DNA from: Octopus bimaculoides
Taxonomy: Eukaryota
Reading direction: 5' to 3'
NCBI RefSeq assembly: GCF_001194135.2
Contig: NC_068989.1
Span: 71,040,384-71,079,558 of the forward strand
DNA length: 39,175 bases
Part shown: positions 35,582 to 39,175 of the stretch, in pieces
Position numbering within the stretch: the first letter of the stretch is position 1
Layout of the letters: the number at the start of each line of letters is the position of its first letter
The notes under the pieces: model-generated
What the model was told of the DNA's origin: nothing
Seen by the model: only the letters and a program-made list of their open reading frames with translations
Databases searched by the model: none
Program-made: the position numbers and the translations under genes

Positions 35582-36182
35582 TGTATGTATGTATATATAT
35601 ATGTTTGTGTATATATATGTATGCGTGAAGTTTTTTTTTTAAATTGTTGGTGCAGTCACAATATGTGAAGAACGATTTGCTTCAAGTATAAATTATTAAT
35701 TATATTAAAAAAAAATTTTAAACCAGCATTTGGAAGGAAGTTTTCCTATTGTGTGTAATTGCTTTCGTAGTTTAGCTTTTCAAACACACGTATTACGGGA
35801 GTTATACATTTGTGTGTGCGCGGGCGCGGGCGCGCGTGTGTGTTTGCGTGTGTATATGTATGTATAATATGTATATTTATGTCTCTCTCTCTCCATATAT
35901 ATAAAGAATGGGGTAAAAAAATTCCTACGCATCCTGAGATAGGAAACATAAGGGTGACAGGAAGAGAAGATATTAAGTGGAAGTGGTATAAAATTAGCCA
36001 ACTCAGAGAATCGCGCTATCGTAGGTGTTGATACAATAAGGGACCCAGTGAAAAGATGAGTAAACTGGGTGAGTTATATTGGGGAATAAAGGCTTGGCTT
36101 TCAAGGAAACAACCACCTTATATATATATATATATATATATATNNNNNNNNNNNNNNNNNNNNNNATATATATGTATGGTTG

Positions 36183-36213
<31 letters not shown>

Positions 36214-36221
36214 CATATATA

Positions 36222-36562
36222 ATTCTTTTATTCTTTTATTTGTTTCAGTCATTTGACTGTGGCCATGCTGGAGCACCGCCTTTAGTCGAGCAAATCGACC
36301 CCAGGACTTCTTTGTAAGCCTAGTACTTATTCTTTCGGTCTCTTTTGTCGAACCGCTAAGTTACGGGGACGTAAACACACCAGCATCGGTTGTCAAGCGA
36401 TGTTGGAGTGACAAACACAGACACACAAAAACACACATACATATATATATATATATTTATACATATACATATATACGACGGGCTATAGTAGAAGACACTT
36501 GCCCAAGGTGCCACGCAGTGGGACTGAACCCGGAACCCTGTGGTTGGTAAGCAAGCTACTAT
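36222..36562 (-). mobile_element. Family D SINE with internal deletion
   Basis: Collinear with 4781-5192. Confidence 0.85.
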
Positions 36563-36862
36563 GGTCGGTCGCTGGTGACTAAACTGGCAACTCCACCAAG
36601 CTTGCTTCTGGAGGACGATGATTGTTGGACACCTTGCGGGACGAAAAATAGAACCCGTCAAAGGGCGGATGAACTAATGTGTAGTTAACACCTATTCAGC
36701 AATGTGTGTGTGTGTGTGTGTGTATCTGTGTCTCTGTGTGGAATATATATATTGTATATTTTAAAACTTCTTTTTATATTTATATTTTCATATGTCTTTT
36801 TTTATTCTCGATTTTTAAAAAATATTTTCATATTCTATTACATTCTATTATATTATGTATCT

Positions 36863-36893
<31 letters not shown>

Positions 36894-36912
36894 TACATAA
36901 CAGGAGTTATGT

Positions 36913-37440
36913 AACAGGAGTGGCTATGTGGTAAATAACCTGCTTACCAACCACATGGTTCCGAGCTCAGTCCCACTGCGTGGGACCTTGGGCAAGTGTC
37001 TTCTACTATAGCCTCGGGCCGACCAAAGCCTTGTGAGTGGATTTGATAGACGGAAACTGAAAGAAGCCCGTCGTATATATATATATATATATATATATAT
37101 NNNNNNNNNNNNNNNNNNNNNNNNNNNNNNNNNNNNNNNNNNNNNNNNNNNNNNNNNNNNNNNNNNNNNNNNNNNNNNNNNNNNNNNNNNNNNNNNNNNN
37201 NNNNNNNNNNNNNNNNNNNNNNNNNNNNNNNNNNNNNNNNNNNNNNNNNNNNNNNNNNNNNNNNNNNNNNNNNGCTGGTGTGTTTACGTCCCCGTAACTT
37301 AGCGGTTCGGCAAAAGAGACCGATAGAATAAGTACTAGGCTTATAAAGAATAAGTCGATTTGCTCGACTAAAGTCGGTGCTCCAGCATGGCCGCAGTCAA
37401 ATGACTGAAACAAGTAAAAAAGTAAAAGAGTAAAAGAATA
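36913..37440 (+). mobile_element. Family D SINE, full length, with an N-gap in its microsatellite
   Basis: caggagtggctatgtggtaa...gcagtcaaatgactgaaacaagtaaaa; inverted relative to 36222-36562. Confidence 0.85.
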
Positions 37441-37488
37441 ACATTTTATATTTATACATATTTATGTTTCCTTTTTACATCCCCTTTG

Positions 37489-37524
<36 letters not shown>

Positions 37525-37914
37525 ACACACACACACATATATACATACATACATGCATGCATGCATTGGTACATACATATACACACATACACACACACAC
37601 ATATGAATCCAAAGCAATATGCGGGTATAATGAGGGTTGTATATTCCAGATGTTATATAGGACTTGTAGGACTGTGTGGTGCTTTGACATCGTTTCAGCT
37701 TCCTATAGATGACATAAACTAGGTACATTCGTTAAAGAGAACAACACAAAATATTTTGCAAGCCATGGAGTAATAATAAATTCTGTGTTACATTCTTCCT
37801 GTCCCCCACATCCGCCACCCTAACCACAATTATCATCATTATTATTATAATTGAGTGAAATGCCATCAAAGTGACACTGGGGTGCAATCATACGAAGCCC
37901 CATAGGCCCCTGCT

Positions 37915-38845
<931 letters not shown>

Positions 38846-39137
38846 AGTATACTCTTCTGGGATTTCCCATGCCGCTACGCGAATATTTATACTCTTTAGC
38901 AATATCAAAAGCTACTTTAATGACTTTGAAGTCGTTTGTAATCGCTAACACGTGTTACCTATCTCTTTCCCATCCCCTATATTATATACTATTACCCATC
39001 TCCTCCGCATCCTCCATCCTATGTTCTGCTTTTATTTCTTTGTCTCTTTATCATTTCCACCCACTTCCACTTGATGTCATGACGTCATAATATGACAATT
39101 GCCAACTTTCACAGAATTCACTAATTGGCTCTGAATG

Positions 39138-39175
<38 letters not shown>

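Noticed and set aside
39079-39128. CRE palindrome ATGACGTCAT and a nearby ATTGG as a promoter
   Set aside because: Short motifs expected by chance at about this frequency; no transcript or gene evidence in the window.

Overview
AT-rich, repeat-dense eukaryotic scaffold with 11 N-gaps (about 4.1 kb of N), almost all flanked by microsatellites. The repeat content suggests an octopod cephalopod such as Octopus; that is an inference. I recognise no host protein-coding exon: most ORFs in the track are microsatellite or N read-throughs. The window is a mosaic of (i) at least four tRNA-derived SINE families, (ii) decayed retroelements the ORF track largely hides: a Penelope-like (PLE) reverse transcriptase at 19.5-20.2 kb, a PLE GIY-YIG endonuclease at 27.8-28.4 kb with a ~70-aa Asn/Ser-rich insert, and an R4/Dong LINE 3' end at 21.5-22.3 kb, (iii) a hAT MITE and a probable Tigger/pogo remnant, and (iv) several minimal type-I hammerhead ribozyme (HHR) motifs in three unrelated sequence contexts. 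The most striking structure is a ~580-bp palindrome at 11,015-11,597. It is made of two head-to-head copies of an element that joins a tRNA-like Pol III head, a microsatellite and a 3' hammerhead, i.e. a candidate SINE-like retrozyme mobilised by PLEs. A second, unrelated head-to-head HHR pair lies at 16,943-17,181. Protein and family assignments come from manual translation and recalled consensus motifs, not database searches. SINE boundaries are approximate.
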